From positions 128,001 to 192,000 of IMG/VR virus record IMGVR_UViG_3300043432_000485: a DNA stretch of 64,000 nt. The stretch is one strand, 5' to 3'. The notes below the pieces were generated by a model. The model made no database searches and was not told where the DNA came from. It saw nothing but the letters and a program-made list of their open reading frames with translations. Source of the stretch: a virus (taxonomy: Duplodnaviria; Caudoviricetes). Positions within the stretch are counted from its first letter, which is position 1. Every line of letters begins with the position of its first letter. Made by a program: the position numbers and the translations under genes. Shown piece after piece: positions 57,130-64,000 of the stretch.

Positions 57130-57981
57130 CTACACCAAAGAGTAGAAAATTCGCAGAAGTAGTTGCAGGAACCAGACGAATCTCCAGTTGTGCCAGCAGC
57201 GGCACGAGCAGTTCGTCTGGGCACACCCCTCATCCACCAGGGCACGCATTTTGGCCCGGTCCCCCGTAGCGCGATTGTAGCGAGACGCCAAGTTGGCGTT
57301 GGTCCCCGGGGTCTGCTGGCCTTCCCACATGCGATCCGTCACCGAAGAGCCAATGCTCGGGTGCCACAGATGCAGGACATCAGCTTTCAGAGTCTTGTGC
57401 TTGGCGTAGAGGGTATCCAGAGCCCGAAGAAAGGCCACGTCCTCACCTCCCCAGCCCTGAAATCGTGGATCCATGCAGCCCACCGTCTCGAAGGCCTCCC
57501 GCGGCATGATCTGGATCATCGCCCCGAAGTGGTGCCCGTGCATGGAGCCAACGGTGGACTCGACCTCGTCCAAAGCCGGCGGGGAGGTGAAGCGATACGG
57601 GGTCCTCGGTTCAGAAGTGAGCACCATCTCTGTACTGGCTTCAGTGAGCCGGTACAGATGGCGGTACGGGATGAACCACAGCTTGTGCCCGCGCCGCGCC
57701 GCCTCTTCAATCGCACGGGCGCAACGCAAGATCGACTCCCCTCTTACGTAGGCATCGGAATCCAGAATGACGAATATCCTCCCAGCAGCCCGGCTGGCCG
57801 CGTCATTGACGGCTTCGGTCTTGGAGAAGGCCGCGCTCGTCGAATGGCCGATCACGATTTCAGCATCGGGCAGCTCGTAACTCCAGTACTCCTTGAGCCA
57901 TTCCCATATCCTGGTTCGATGCGGAGTAGCCGAGTTGGGCCGGAAAGGCACCAGCAGGGATATCTGAGGTCTGAGTTTCAT
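57130..57981 (-). CDS. GT2/GT-A fold glycosyltransferase
   Basis: ISLLVPFR, FSKTEAVN, FVILDSD (DxD-like), RFQGWGGEDVAF and HLWH. Confidence 0.88.
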   Translation of the reverse strand: MKLRPQISLLVPFRPNSATPHRTRIWEWLKEYWSYELPDAEIVIGHSTSAAFSKTEAVNDAASRAAGRIFVILDSDAYVRGESILRCARAIEEAARRGHKLWFIPYRHLYRLTEASTEMVLTSEPRTPYRFTSPPALDEVESTVGSMHGHHFGAMIQIMPREAFETVGCMDPRFQGWGGEDVAFLRALDTLYAKHKTLKADVLHLWHPSIGSSVTDRMWEGQQTPGTNANLASRYNRATGDRAKMRALVDEGCAQTNCSCRCWHNWRFVWFLQLLLRIFYSLV

Positions 57982-58727
57982 AGCCGTAACCCCATCAATC
58001 TCTGCTCAACATCCTGGAACACGTCATACAGCTCGTGCTGGCGATCCTGAACCTTCGATCTTGGGGCATCTTGGGTGACCCCTACTTTGAACTCAAGTCC
58101 CACGGTGGCCGAGTAGTCTCGGAACTTGAAGTCCCCTCCCTCTTTGGCGAAACGCTCGGTCATCTCAATCCTCCTGGGTATGCCATAGGCATCTGCAACA
58201 ATGATCCCATGAAGAGATGACGCCACGATCTTCCTACACTGACCGATCTGCCGAATCACCTCCAAGGGGTCCCCAGATGGACGAATGATCACCGGATTGA
58301 ACTTCTTGAACTCGGGGCGGTGCTCCAGCTTGGTGTCAGACCAATGGGGAACGATGCCCAGCTGGTGAATCTTCTCGACCTCGGGCACCAGTTCGTCGGC
58401 TAGAAGTCCTGGGTCCCCCAGCACGAAGCCCTTGCGGGCGTTGACACTGGCCGCCGTCAGAGGCCCTCTCAACGCAAGGACAGTCGCCTTGGACAGGTCA
58501 ACCTTGCTTGTGTCCCGGAGCTTACCTGACCCAATGACCATGCCTTCCCATTGTGGTGGAAGCATGTCCAGCACTGAACCAACGCATACTAGAGATGCGC
58601 TCTTCACTGGAGCCCACTCTACCCTGGTATTAGAGAAGCGTGCCAGTAGAAGAGGGGTTAGAAGATCACCAAAATTGGGCTTCCCAGTCCACCAATATCC
58701 AGTCGGAATGACCCGAGACAATGTCAT
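57978..58727 (-). CDS. Polysaccharide pyruvyl transferase family protein
   Basis: NFGDLLTP, VGSVL, LRGPLT, GDPGLL and SSLHGIIVADAYGIP. Confidence 0.85.
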   Translation of the reverse strand: MTLSRVIPTGYWWTGKPNFGDLLTPLLLARFSNTRVEWAPVKSASLVCVGSVLDMLPPQWEGMVIGSGKLRDTSKVDLSKATVLALRGPLTAASVNARKGFVLGDPGLLADELVPEVEKIHQLGIVPHWSDTKLEHRPEFKKFNPVIIRPSGDPLEVIRQIGQCRKIVASSLHGIIVADAYGIPRRIEMTERFAKEGGDFKFRDYSATVGLEFKVGVTQDAPRSKVQDRQHELYDVFQDVEQRLMGLRL

Positions 58728-58775
58728 GCGCAGCGTCCCTCAAGTAAGGAACGGCAATAAATGCACTACCCCTGG

Positions 58776-59588
58776 TCAGACCAATCCCTCTTCGGAAAAC
58801 GCACTGTAAACCGCGGAAAGGATCACATTTCGATTGCGCGCGGTCAGATTCTTTTCGATCAGCTTCCACGTGGTGGACATCCTCAGAGACATGTCGATCA
58901 GCTTCCGCGGGTTGCCCCGGAAGTGCTCCTGAAGCTTGGTGCCACTTCCGACCGTTTCATCGACAATCTGCTGCATGAAGGCCTTGACCTCTGCCGGGTC
59001 ATTTACGTACTTGCCCTGGTCCTTGACCTTCTTGTTCTCGTCATATTCGTACTGGAGCTTCTTGCGGAACATGGACTCAGCCACGTGTGTGGTCTCATGG
59101 ATCAGAATCGAGTAGAGCCCGTAAGGCACACAGGCTTCAGAAGTGCACCCACCAAGAGGCTGAAAGCGATCCGTAACGTATTTGGAAAGGTCTCGATTCT
59201 CCCCGTTGGTAGCCAGATACTCGTTCGGGGATAGGCCGCCATTCAACCAGAGGGTCACCTGAGCGTGCGCTTCCCCTTCTTCGAACTTCCTCTTCCCGGC
59301 CCCTCCGCCCAGCACAGGGAATGCCTTTCCTGTGGCTGGAATGGACACCACCTCTACATCAATCCGAATCTGCTCAGACCGGTCAACCGAATCAACGTAG
59401 AAGGATCCCTCAGCCAGTGCAGAGTTGTTGCTGCTGCCAATGGGCTTGTCCGGGTGGGGGTGGTGCTTGAGCCAGCTCTTCAACTGAGGGACCAATGTCC
59501 CTTCGACAAGTCGACGAATCACCGCCTTGTCGATGTGGATAGGGCGCGCGGTCAGGAATCGCCGCAAAACTGTGGCGGCGGTGGTCAT
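58776..59588 (-). CDS. Putative HExxH metallopeptidase
   Basis: ILIHETTHVAE followed by YVNDPAEVKAF. Confidence 0.55.
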   Translation of the reverse strand: MTTAATVLRRFLTARPIHIDKAVIRRLVEGTLVPQLKSWLKHHPHPDKPIGSSNNSALAEGSFYVDSVDRSEQIRIDVEVVSIPATGKAFPVLGGGAGKRKFEEGEAHAQVTLWLNGGLSPNEYLATNGENRDLSKYVTDRFQPLGGCTSEACVPYGLYSILIHETTHVAESMFRKKLQYEYDENKKVKDQGKYVNDPAEVKAFMQQIVDETVGSGTKLQEHFRGNPRKLIDMSLRMSTTWKLIEKNLTARNRNVILSAVYSAFSEEGLV

Positions 59589-60508
59589 CAGAACCCGATG
59601 AACTTCTGAGGGGACAACACACCACGTCCAGAGAACGGTCCGAAGGCGGAGCGAATACCCATTCCAAAGCGCGGTTGCTGCAAGCCTCGAATGACGTTGA
59701 CCGTGGCCTTTGCCTTCTCCATCTGCTTGTCAAACTGATCAGCGGCAGCCTGATAGGCACCCTCATACTTGCTGGATTTCTCCAAGTTCAAGGACACGCC
59801 ACCGATCGAGTAGTCGAATTCCTCCGCAACCCAGTTGATCCGGAGCGCCTGAAGAGCGAACGTCATCGCCCCAGTGAGCAAAAGAGTTCTCCACTCTGGC
59901 CGGAACGCCACCATTTGATCCACTGACGCAAAAGGCGTACGGGGTGGGGCAGCTGAGATCATGTCAAGGGATCGCAGGATGTACTCTTGCAGCTCAACGT
60001 CCTCCCAGATGTACCCAAATACTCGGTTGAACTGCTGAACGGTCTCCTCGTGGCTGGGCGGACGAAAGTGGTAGTTTCGATCTGGGTTGTTATCGCGCAG
60101 TAGCATGCGCAGTCGTCCCATCAAATCCAATACCACAGTGCTCGCGTTCAAAGCGCTGCCTGTGATCATGCTAGCGCTAGCTGTGGAGAGCCCTGCCTTG
60201 TCAGTTACCTCGAACTCTTGCACCACCTGCTGAATCGAGCCGCCTACGATTTCTCGGAACGTCCACCGAACTCGGTAAGACCCAAGATTGGCATCAAGGG
60301 GGACCACGATCGAGGCGTAGTACTCACCCACGGAAGGGTTGGCAGGTGTGCGTAGCGGAACTCCCACCAAGGCTTCTTGTCCCGTCGTGAAGTCGTAGAG
60401 AGCGTACGAGATCTCTGCAGCGTTGACAGGAGTGCTGGCAGCGTTGACCAGAAATATGTTCAGGTCGTTACGCCCCAGTTGCTGGCCTCGGTAGAACGTT
60501 GTGCCCAT
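59588..60508 (-). CDS. Head-tail adaptor protein with N-terminal Ig-like domain
   Basis: RLRMLLRD...WEDVEL...LLTGAMTFAL...FDYSIGGVSL, a gp13/gp15-like adaptor pattern. Confidence 0.6.
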   Translation of the reverse strand: MGTTFYRGQQLGRNDLNIFLVNAASTPVNAAEISYALYDFTTGQEALVGVPLRTPANPSVGEYYASIVVPLDANLGSYRVRWTFREIVGGSIQQVVQEFEVTDKAGLSTASASMITGSALNASTVVLDLMGRLRMLLRDNNPDRNYHFRPPSHEETVQQFNRVFGYIWEDVELQEYILRSLDMISAAPPRTPFASVDQMVAFRPEWRTLLLTGAMTFALQALRINWVAEEFDYSIGGVSLNLEKSSKYEGAYQAAADQFDKQMEKAKATVNVIRGLQQPRFGMGIRSAFGPFSGRGVLSPQKFIGF

Positions 60509-60509
60509 G

Positions 60510-60791
60510 TTACAGGTCCTTTACAAACCTATCCACCACTCGCTCGGGGATCAACGCCTCGGCGGTTCGATACAGGGGGCTCACCATCTTCCCGTCCCAG
60601 CTGACCATGCCCATGTTCTTCAGGCTATCGATCAGCATTTCCAGGGACCCGTGATCCCACCCATGGAAGTCGGGCAGCTTTGACAAGGTGCGCAGGGTGG
60701 CTGGTTTCTTGAGCCGATGCAAGTGACGTAACAGCGTAGATTCGCCTGGAGACAAAGCTTCTAGTTCCTTCTGTGCGAGTTTGGATTTCAT
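60510..60791 (-). CDS. Small winged-helix-like protein
   Basis: ESTLLRHLHRLKKPATLRTLSKL...LEMLIDSLKNMGMVSWDG fits a wHTH pattern. Confidence 0.5.
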   Translation of the reverse strand: MKSKLAQKELEALSPGESTLLRHLHRLKKPATLRTLSKLPDFHGWDHGSLEMLIDSLKNMGMVSWDGKMVSPLYRTAEALIPERVVDRFVKDL

Positions 60792-60797
60792 GGCCGG

Positions 60798-61046
60798 TCA
60801 TCCCCGAGAACCGGAGTGACGCTTCGCGAACTTGTTGGCCACGGACTCCACCACAATAGCACGCGCGAACTCGTCTGCGGCGCTCTTCTCTTTGTAGTGA
60901 GGGTGTGCCCCTTTGCCCTTTTCCCACCAAGCGAGAGCCCACGGATTGTCGATCTCCGGGTGTTCCTTCATCTTTTCTACAGTCTTTTTCCACCCTGGGG
61001 GTGACACTGCCTCGTGAGACTCTGATGCTTTTTCCTGTTCACTCAT
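60798..61046 (-). CDS. Small hypothetical protein
   Basis: Probable start MSEQEK at 61046 (ATGA overlap); PPGW...IDNPWALAWW. Confidence 0.6.
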   Translation of the reverse strand: MSEQEKASESHEAVSPPGWKKTVEKMKEHPEIDNPWALAWWEKGKGAHPHYKEKSAADEFARAIVVESVANKFAKRHSGSRG

Positions 61047-61798
61047 AAGTACCTCCAAACATAACCACCGGCCGTCTTGCGCTTACCTCTGCAGCATTCG
61101 GAAATATGGTTAACTCCCACCCCTGTCACCTTGCTGGCATCGGTCAGACTCTCGAATGTGGACATGACCATGTCCCTCTCGGATTGGACAGCCTTATGGA
61201 GGACGTTCTTCCCGGAGCCCAGCTTAGATCTGGCTTCACTTGATAGCACAGGAGCTGGTAGTGCTCCTGTGCGGATCTGTTCCCACCTGTGTAAACCGGC
61301 AATGCGCTTTGCTTCTCGTGTAGATAAGCTCTCTGGGCCTTTAGGTCCGCATTTCTTGGACCGGGCGGCCTCAGACATTGTGAACCCAGATGCTTTGAGC
61401 ACTGCCCATGCTTCTTTAGCCGTCCGGCTACGCTCACTCCGGGCCTCTGATGTAGACAAACGAGCCATTTGACGAGCGCTGGCAGCTTTGCGCCAGACGT
61501 CTGGAGCTTTCCATCCGGTGCTACCTCCAACCCCGCCTTCAGAAAAATTGGCGCCCCAGTTGCCCGCCAGCTTAACCCTAGTCCTTAGACTTGAGATCAG
61601 CTCTTTCTCTCTCGTGAATGCCTCAACCTCATCAGAGGTTGAGAAAACCACCTCACGTCGCATGCCATACTTGGCTGAAATTTTGCTGTGAACAGTATTT
61701 CTCACTCTGTCTTGAACTCGATGTCTGGTTCCTTTGCCTACGTAGAAAGGCCTAGGAGGAGACTCCCGTGTCCAGTCTATGTAAACGAAGAATTCCAT
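61043..61798 (-). CDS. GIY-YIG homing endonuclease with NUMOD1-type C-terminus
   Basis: FVYIDWT...FYVGKG, NFSEGG and ISECCRGKRKTAGGYVW; probable start at the TGATG overlap at 61798. Confidence 0.85.
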   Translation of the reverse strand: MEFFVYIDWTRESPPRPFYVGKGTRHRVQDRVRNTVHSKISAKYGMRREVVFSTSDEVEAFTREKELISSLRTRVKLAGNWGANFSEGGVGGSTGWKAPDVWRKAASARQMARLSTSEARSERSRTAKEAWAVLKASGFTMSEAARSKKCGPKGPESLSTREAKRIAGLHRWEQIRTGALPAPVLSSEARSKLGSGKNVLHKAVQSERDMVMSTFESLTDASKVTGVGVNHISECCRGKRKTAGGYVWRYL

Positions 61799-62616
61799 CA
61801 ATCCCATCCGTACTTGCATTCCCGAACTAGGGTATCTCCCGGAACGGGACACAATACCGAGTCCAAGACGTAGAAGTAGCAGTCTCGCACTACTGAAGGA
61901 CCACCAAAAGTTCCTTGATAGCTCCAGCGAATCACCCACAACCCTGGTTGCCCGCACTCACCAGCGGTCCCAGTCGCGTAGTAACACCCTACCCTAGAAG
62001 TCCCTGGGTGGCGATTGGAGGGTCCGACTTGCTTCAGGGCACACCCCTTCTGAACTTGGTACATGGTAAAAGAAATACACACAGGACCCATGGGGTTTCC
62101 ATTGGCTCCCGTCACGAAGGTTTCGAGATCCCCGGCCACGAATTGATGGCCCCATCTGAACCTCTTCTCTACCTGCGGGGTTTCGCAGATCGGGAACCCA
62201 ACATGGACGACTTCCATGTACGCGGTCACGATCGCTACACCGAAGATCGGTTCAGGCACCGAAAGCGCCGTGGCTCCCGACCCAAAAGTAAACCCCTGGA
62301 CACCAATCGTGCGTACCAGGGTGCCGGTCAGGTCCCCGGATCCGATTGCCAGCCCCTCTGCATCCAGCACCCGGGCGTCAATCGCATCCCCGGCACCCAT
62401 CGAGTATCCGGACATGTTGAACACGTGCTGTGTAGAGGCGCTCACACTAGAGCCACCGGTCAGCACTTCCAGGAAGTCGTGTTGGACGGGTTGGGACAGG
62501 AATCCCGAGGAGCTGCTACCCCCGGTTGCCTCTGACATGCCGAACAACACAGCCAATGGCGCATCCGGCACATTGGCCGTTCCAATCGCGGTACCGTCGA
62601 TGTCGATGATCGCCAT
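61798..62616 (-). CDS. Putative virion protein with Gly/Ala/Ser repeats and C-terminal Ig-like domain
   Basis: GxSxxxG-type spaced repeats; C-terminal domain resembles the N-terminus of 59588..60508. Confidence 0.55.
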   Translation of the reverse strand: MAIIDIDGTAIGTANVPDAPLAVLFGMSEATGGSSSSGFLSQPVQHDFLEVLTGGSSVSASTQHVFNMSGYSMGAGDAIDARVLDAEGLAIGSGDLTGTLVRTIGVQGFTFGSGATALSVPEPIFGVAIVTAYMEVVHVGFPICETPQVEKRFRWGHQFVAGDLETFVTGANGNPMGPVCISFTMYQVQKGCALKQVGPSNRHPGTSRVGCYYATGTAGECGQPGLWVIRWSYQGTFGGPSVVRDCYFYVLDSVLCPVPGDTLVRECKYGWD

Positions 62617-62647
62617 TACCTAGAAGTCCCAAGAGAGGTTTAAACGA

Positions 62648-62680
62648 GTCACCCCGAGAGCGCAGGGCTCCCGGGGTGAC
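62648..62680 (-). terminator. GC-rich hairpin, probable intrinsic terminator
   Basis: GTCACCCCG / CGGGGTGAC 9-bp stem plus a 4-bp inner stem, downstream of the 62700 stop. The U-tract is weak on the minus strand and better on the plus strand. Confidence 0.55.
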
Positions 62681-62699
62681 CTTTTGTGTTAGCCTTACG

Positions 62700-62960
62700 T
62701 TACGCCGACGGGGGCGCCGACTTCGGGAACAAACCAACCACCACAAGCGCCACAGAGGCGATCACGTAGTTGACGAAGTCCACCGTTGTCTTGGACTGGC
62801 CGATCATCTCAGCAATCTGCGGGATCATGGCGACCACCACAGGAAGGGCCACCGCTACCACCTTGGGAAGGCGATCCCACATGGGCTTGGCGGCGTTGAG
62901 GAAGCGGCTCGCTACCATCAACACGGATACGACTGCTGCTGCAATTTCGACTACCGACAT
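62700..62960 (-). CDS. Small membrane protein, holin-like
   Basis: Probable start MSVVEI at 62960; 86 aa with 2-3 hydrophobic segments. Confidence 0.45.
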   Translation of the reverse strand: MSVVEIAAAVVSVLMVASRFLNAAKPMWDRLPKVVAVALPVVVAMIPQIAEMIGQSKTTVDFVNYVIASVALVVVGLFPKSAPPSA

Positions 62961-63013
62961 ACTTGACTCTCTCCTTGTGAAGTGACGTTTGAATCTACAC
63001 CAACCAGAAACTC

Positions 63014-63397
63014 TCAGGTCTCTTGGCAAACGAGTTGCCCGGCGGGAAATCTTACTTGGTCAGAAGCGAGCACCAAACGTGGGGTACTCAAGTTTCCGAA
63101 ATAGAGCATGTTGCCACCCGAGCTTGCGTCCAAGAGTGCAAATGCCACGATAGTGCCCCAAGTGGCTAGGGCTACCGGGAACAGAATGTCAGCCGTAGAG
63201 ATGACTTGCCCACTGGCAGGCACCGTGAAGGTTGCGACTTGGCGCCCATAGCCACCACCCACCACTTCGGTTCCGCCGCCTCCAACACCCGGAGCAACCG
63301 TGTAAAGGGCCACGTTGACCGAAGTCGGTGGTGTGAAAGGAATCCCGCGAAGCGCGAGATTCAAGAAGTTGTTGTCAAGGTAGTAGGTCTTGGGCAT
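63014..63397 (-). CDS. Small virion structural protein
   Basis: VALYTVAPG...EVVGGGYGRQVATF...WGTIVAFALLDASSGGNMLYFG, a pattern common in phage virion proteins. Confidence 0.65.
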   Translation of the reverse strand: MPKTYYLDNNFLNLALRGIPFTPPTSVNVALYTVAPGVGGGGTEVVGGGYGRQVATFTVPASGQVISTADILFPVALATWGTIVAFALLDASSGGNMLYFGNLSTPRLVLASDQVRFPAGQLVCQET

Positions 63398-63411
63398 GTC
63401 GGCTCCCTAGG

Positions 63412-63828
63412 TCAGCAGTTGCAATCCCCGCTACCCTGAGGTTTGATAAATGAAGCGTGGATCCCTGACTCCATGGCGGGTGCAGACTGCACCACATCGA
63501 AGTCCTGGGCGGAAATCTGCATGCCAGGAGGGTAGGTCAAAAGGTTGCGCCAGAAGCCAAGGCTGTTCGGCTTGAATCGCACGTTGTAGAATCCCGGGGC
63601 TCCTGGGACTTCGTTGAAGTAGATGCGCCCCGCGGTGACCTGGGTATCCGTAACCCCAAGTCCCGACACAAGAGGCCAGGGCTGGATGACGTTGTTGAAG
63701 AAAATCTGGGACACCAGAGAGGCTGGTACGAGCCCCACAACACGTGTGAACCCATCAGGCTGGAAGAAGTCGACCTGATCAAGCACAACCTGATTCGCCT
63801 GTACTACTCGACCGCGAGTCGTCGCCAT
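63412..63828 (-). CDS. Hypothetical beta-rich (Ig-like) virion protein
   Basis: 138 aa, in the operon; EVPGAPGFYNVRFKPNSLGFW. Confidence 0.55.
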   Translation of the reverse strand: MATTRGRVVQANQVVLDQVDFFQPDGFTRVVGLVPASLVSQIFFNNVIQPWPLVSGLGVTDTQVTAGRIYFNEVPGAPGFYNVRFKPNSLGFWRNLLTYPPGMQISAQDFDVVQSAPAMESGIHASFIKPQGSGDCNC

Positions 63829-63983
63829 TAGCTCTCCTTAGGCTGCACGGGGGGTGTTGGCCGCCCTCCCGTACCGCTGCTGGCTTTGCCTGCAATCGTA
63901 ACGACGGCCGTGATGATCCGAATGGGCATGGCCGACGCATCGGCTGAGCCTTTGATAGTTGCTTGAATATCGATCAGTGCCAT
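63828..63983 (-). CDS. 51-aa hypothetical protein, not in the ORF track
   Basis: MALIDIQATIKGSADASAMP...; AGGAAAGG upstream; TAATG overlap with the next gene. Confidence 0.5.
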   Translation of the reverse strand: MALIDIQATIKGSADASAMPIRIITAVVTIAGKASSGTGGRPTPPVQPKES

Positions 63984-64000
63984 TTTCAGAGGCCTTTCCT

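Noticed and set aside
35618-58770. A consensus late promoter (TCAATA / TAAT-like words at about 35630, 43555, 50095, 54247 and 58750)
   Set aside because: The candidate words differ and occur in inconsistent orientation; a consensus cannot be supported without motif statistics or TSS data.
3626-61798. Group I introns or inteins hosting the endonucleases
   Set aside because: Flanking genes look complete with their own starts and stops, there is no room for intron cores, and no intein C...HN signatures were noticed.
148-63788. Numerous long plus-strand ORFs in the track (e.g. 148..675, 24113..24856, 48064..48726, 57163..58050)
   Set aside because: They lie antisense to well-supported minus-strand genes, lack RBS and motifs, and are expected shadows of GC-rich codon bias.
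1-64000. Extracellular contractile injection system or tailocin rather than a phage
   Set aside because: No capsid, portal or terminase is in the window, so this is not formally excluded. Head-tail adaptor and neck genes, a long tape measure and nine homing endonucleases fit a phage much better, and no Afp15-like AAA ATPase was seen.
1-64000. CRISPR array, tRNA or rRNA genes
   Set aside because: No regularly spaced repeats or cloverleaf-like sequences were seen; intergenic gaps are all under 200 bp.
1-64000. Stop-codon reassignment as in some jumbo phages
   Set aside because: TAG, TGA and TAA all end genes at coupled junctions, and the long ORFs are intact under code 11.

Overview
64 kb slice of the virion-morphogenesis region of a large, GC-rich, contractile-tailed (myovirus-like, probably jumbo) phage. 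Almost every real gene is on the minus strand and tightly coupled by ATGA/TGATG overlaps. In transcription order (high to low coordinates): small Ig-like virion proteins and a holin-like ORF; head-tail adaptor and neck genes interleaved with a metallopeptidase, a pyruvyltransferase and a GT2 glycosyltransferase; a coiled-coil protein, a Dps-like ferritin and an actin-like ATPase; the tail terminator; a 1411-aa tail sheath; a ~10 kb accessory block (signal-peptide protein, the lone plus-strand gene, J-domain, HTH, UvrD helicase); the tail tube; two chaperones; the tape measure; tube initiators (one with a lytic transglycosylase domain); hub; spike; large baseplate proteins; gp25-, gpJ- and gpI-like wedge proteins; a second metallopeptidase; and a truncated Ig-domain protein. 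Nine free-standing putative homing endonucleases of several folds sit at gene junctions. No capsid, portal or terminase gene, tRNA or CRISPR array was seen. All product calls come from motifs read by eye; no database search was run. Most interesting signals: (1) a short terminal V-x-x-[RK]-F tag on several unrelated non-structural proteins, a possible virion-loading or processing signal; (2) an actin-like ATPase cassette inside the neck/tail operon; (3) a glycosyltransferase plus pyruvyltransferase pair among the neck genes; (4) RNA hairpins and AGAU-rich leaders that look like translational control.
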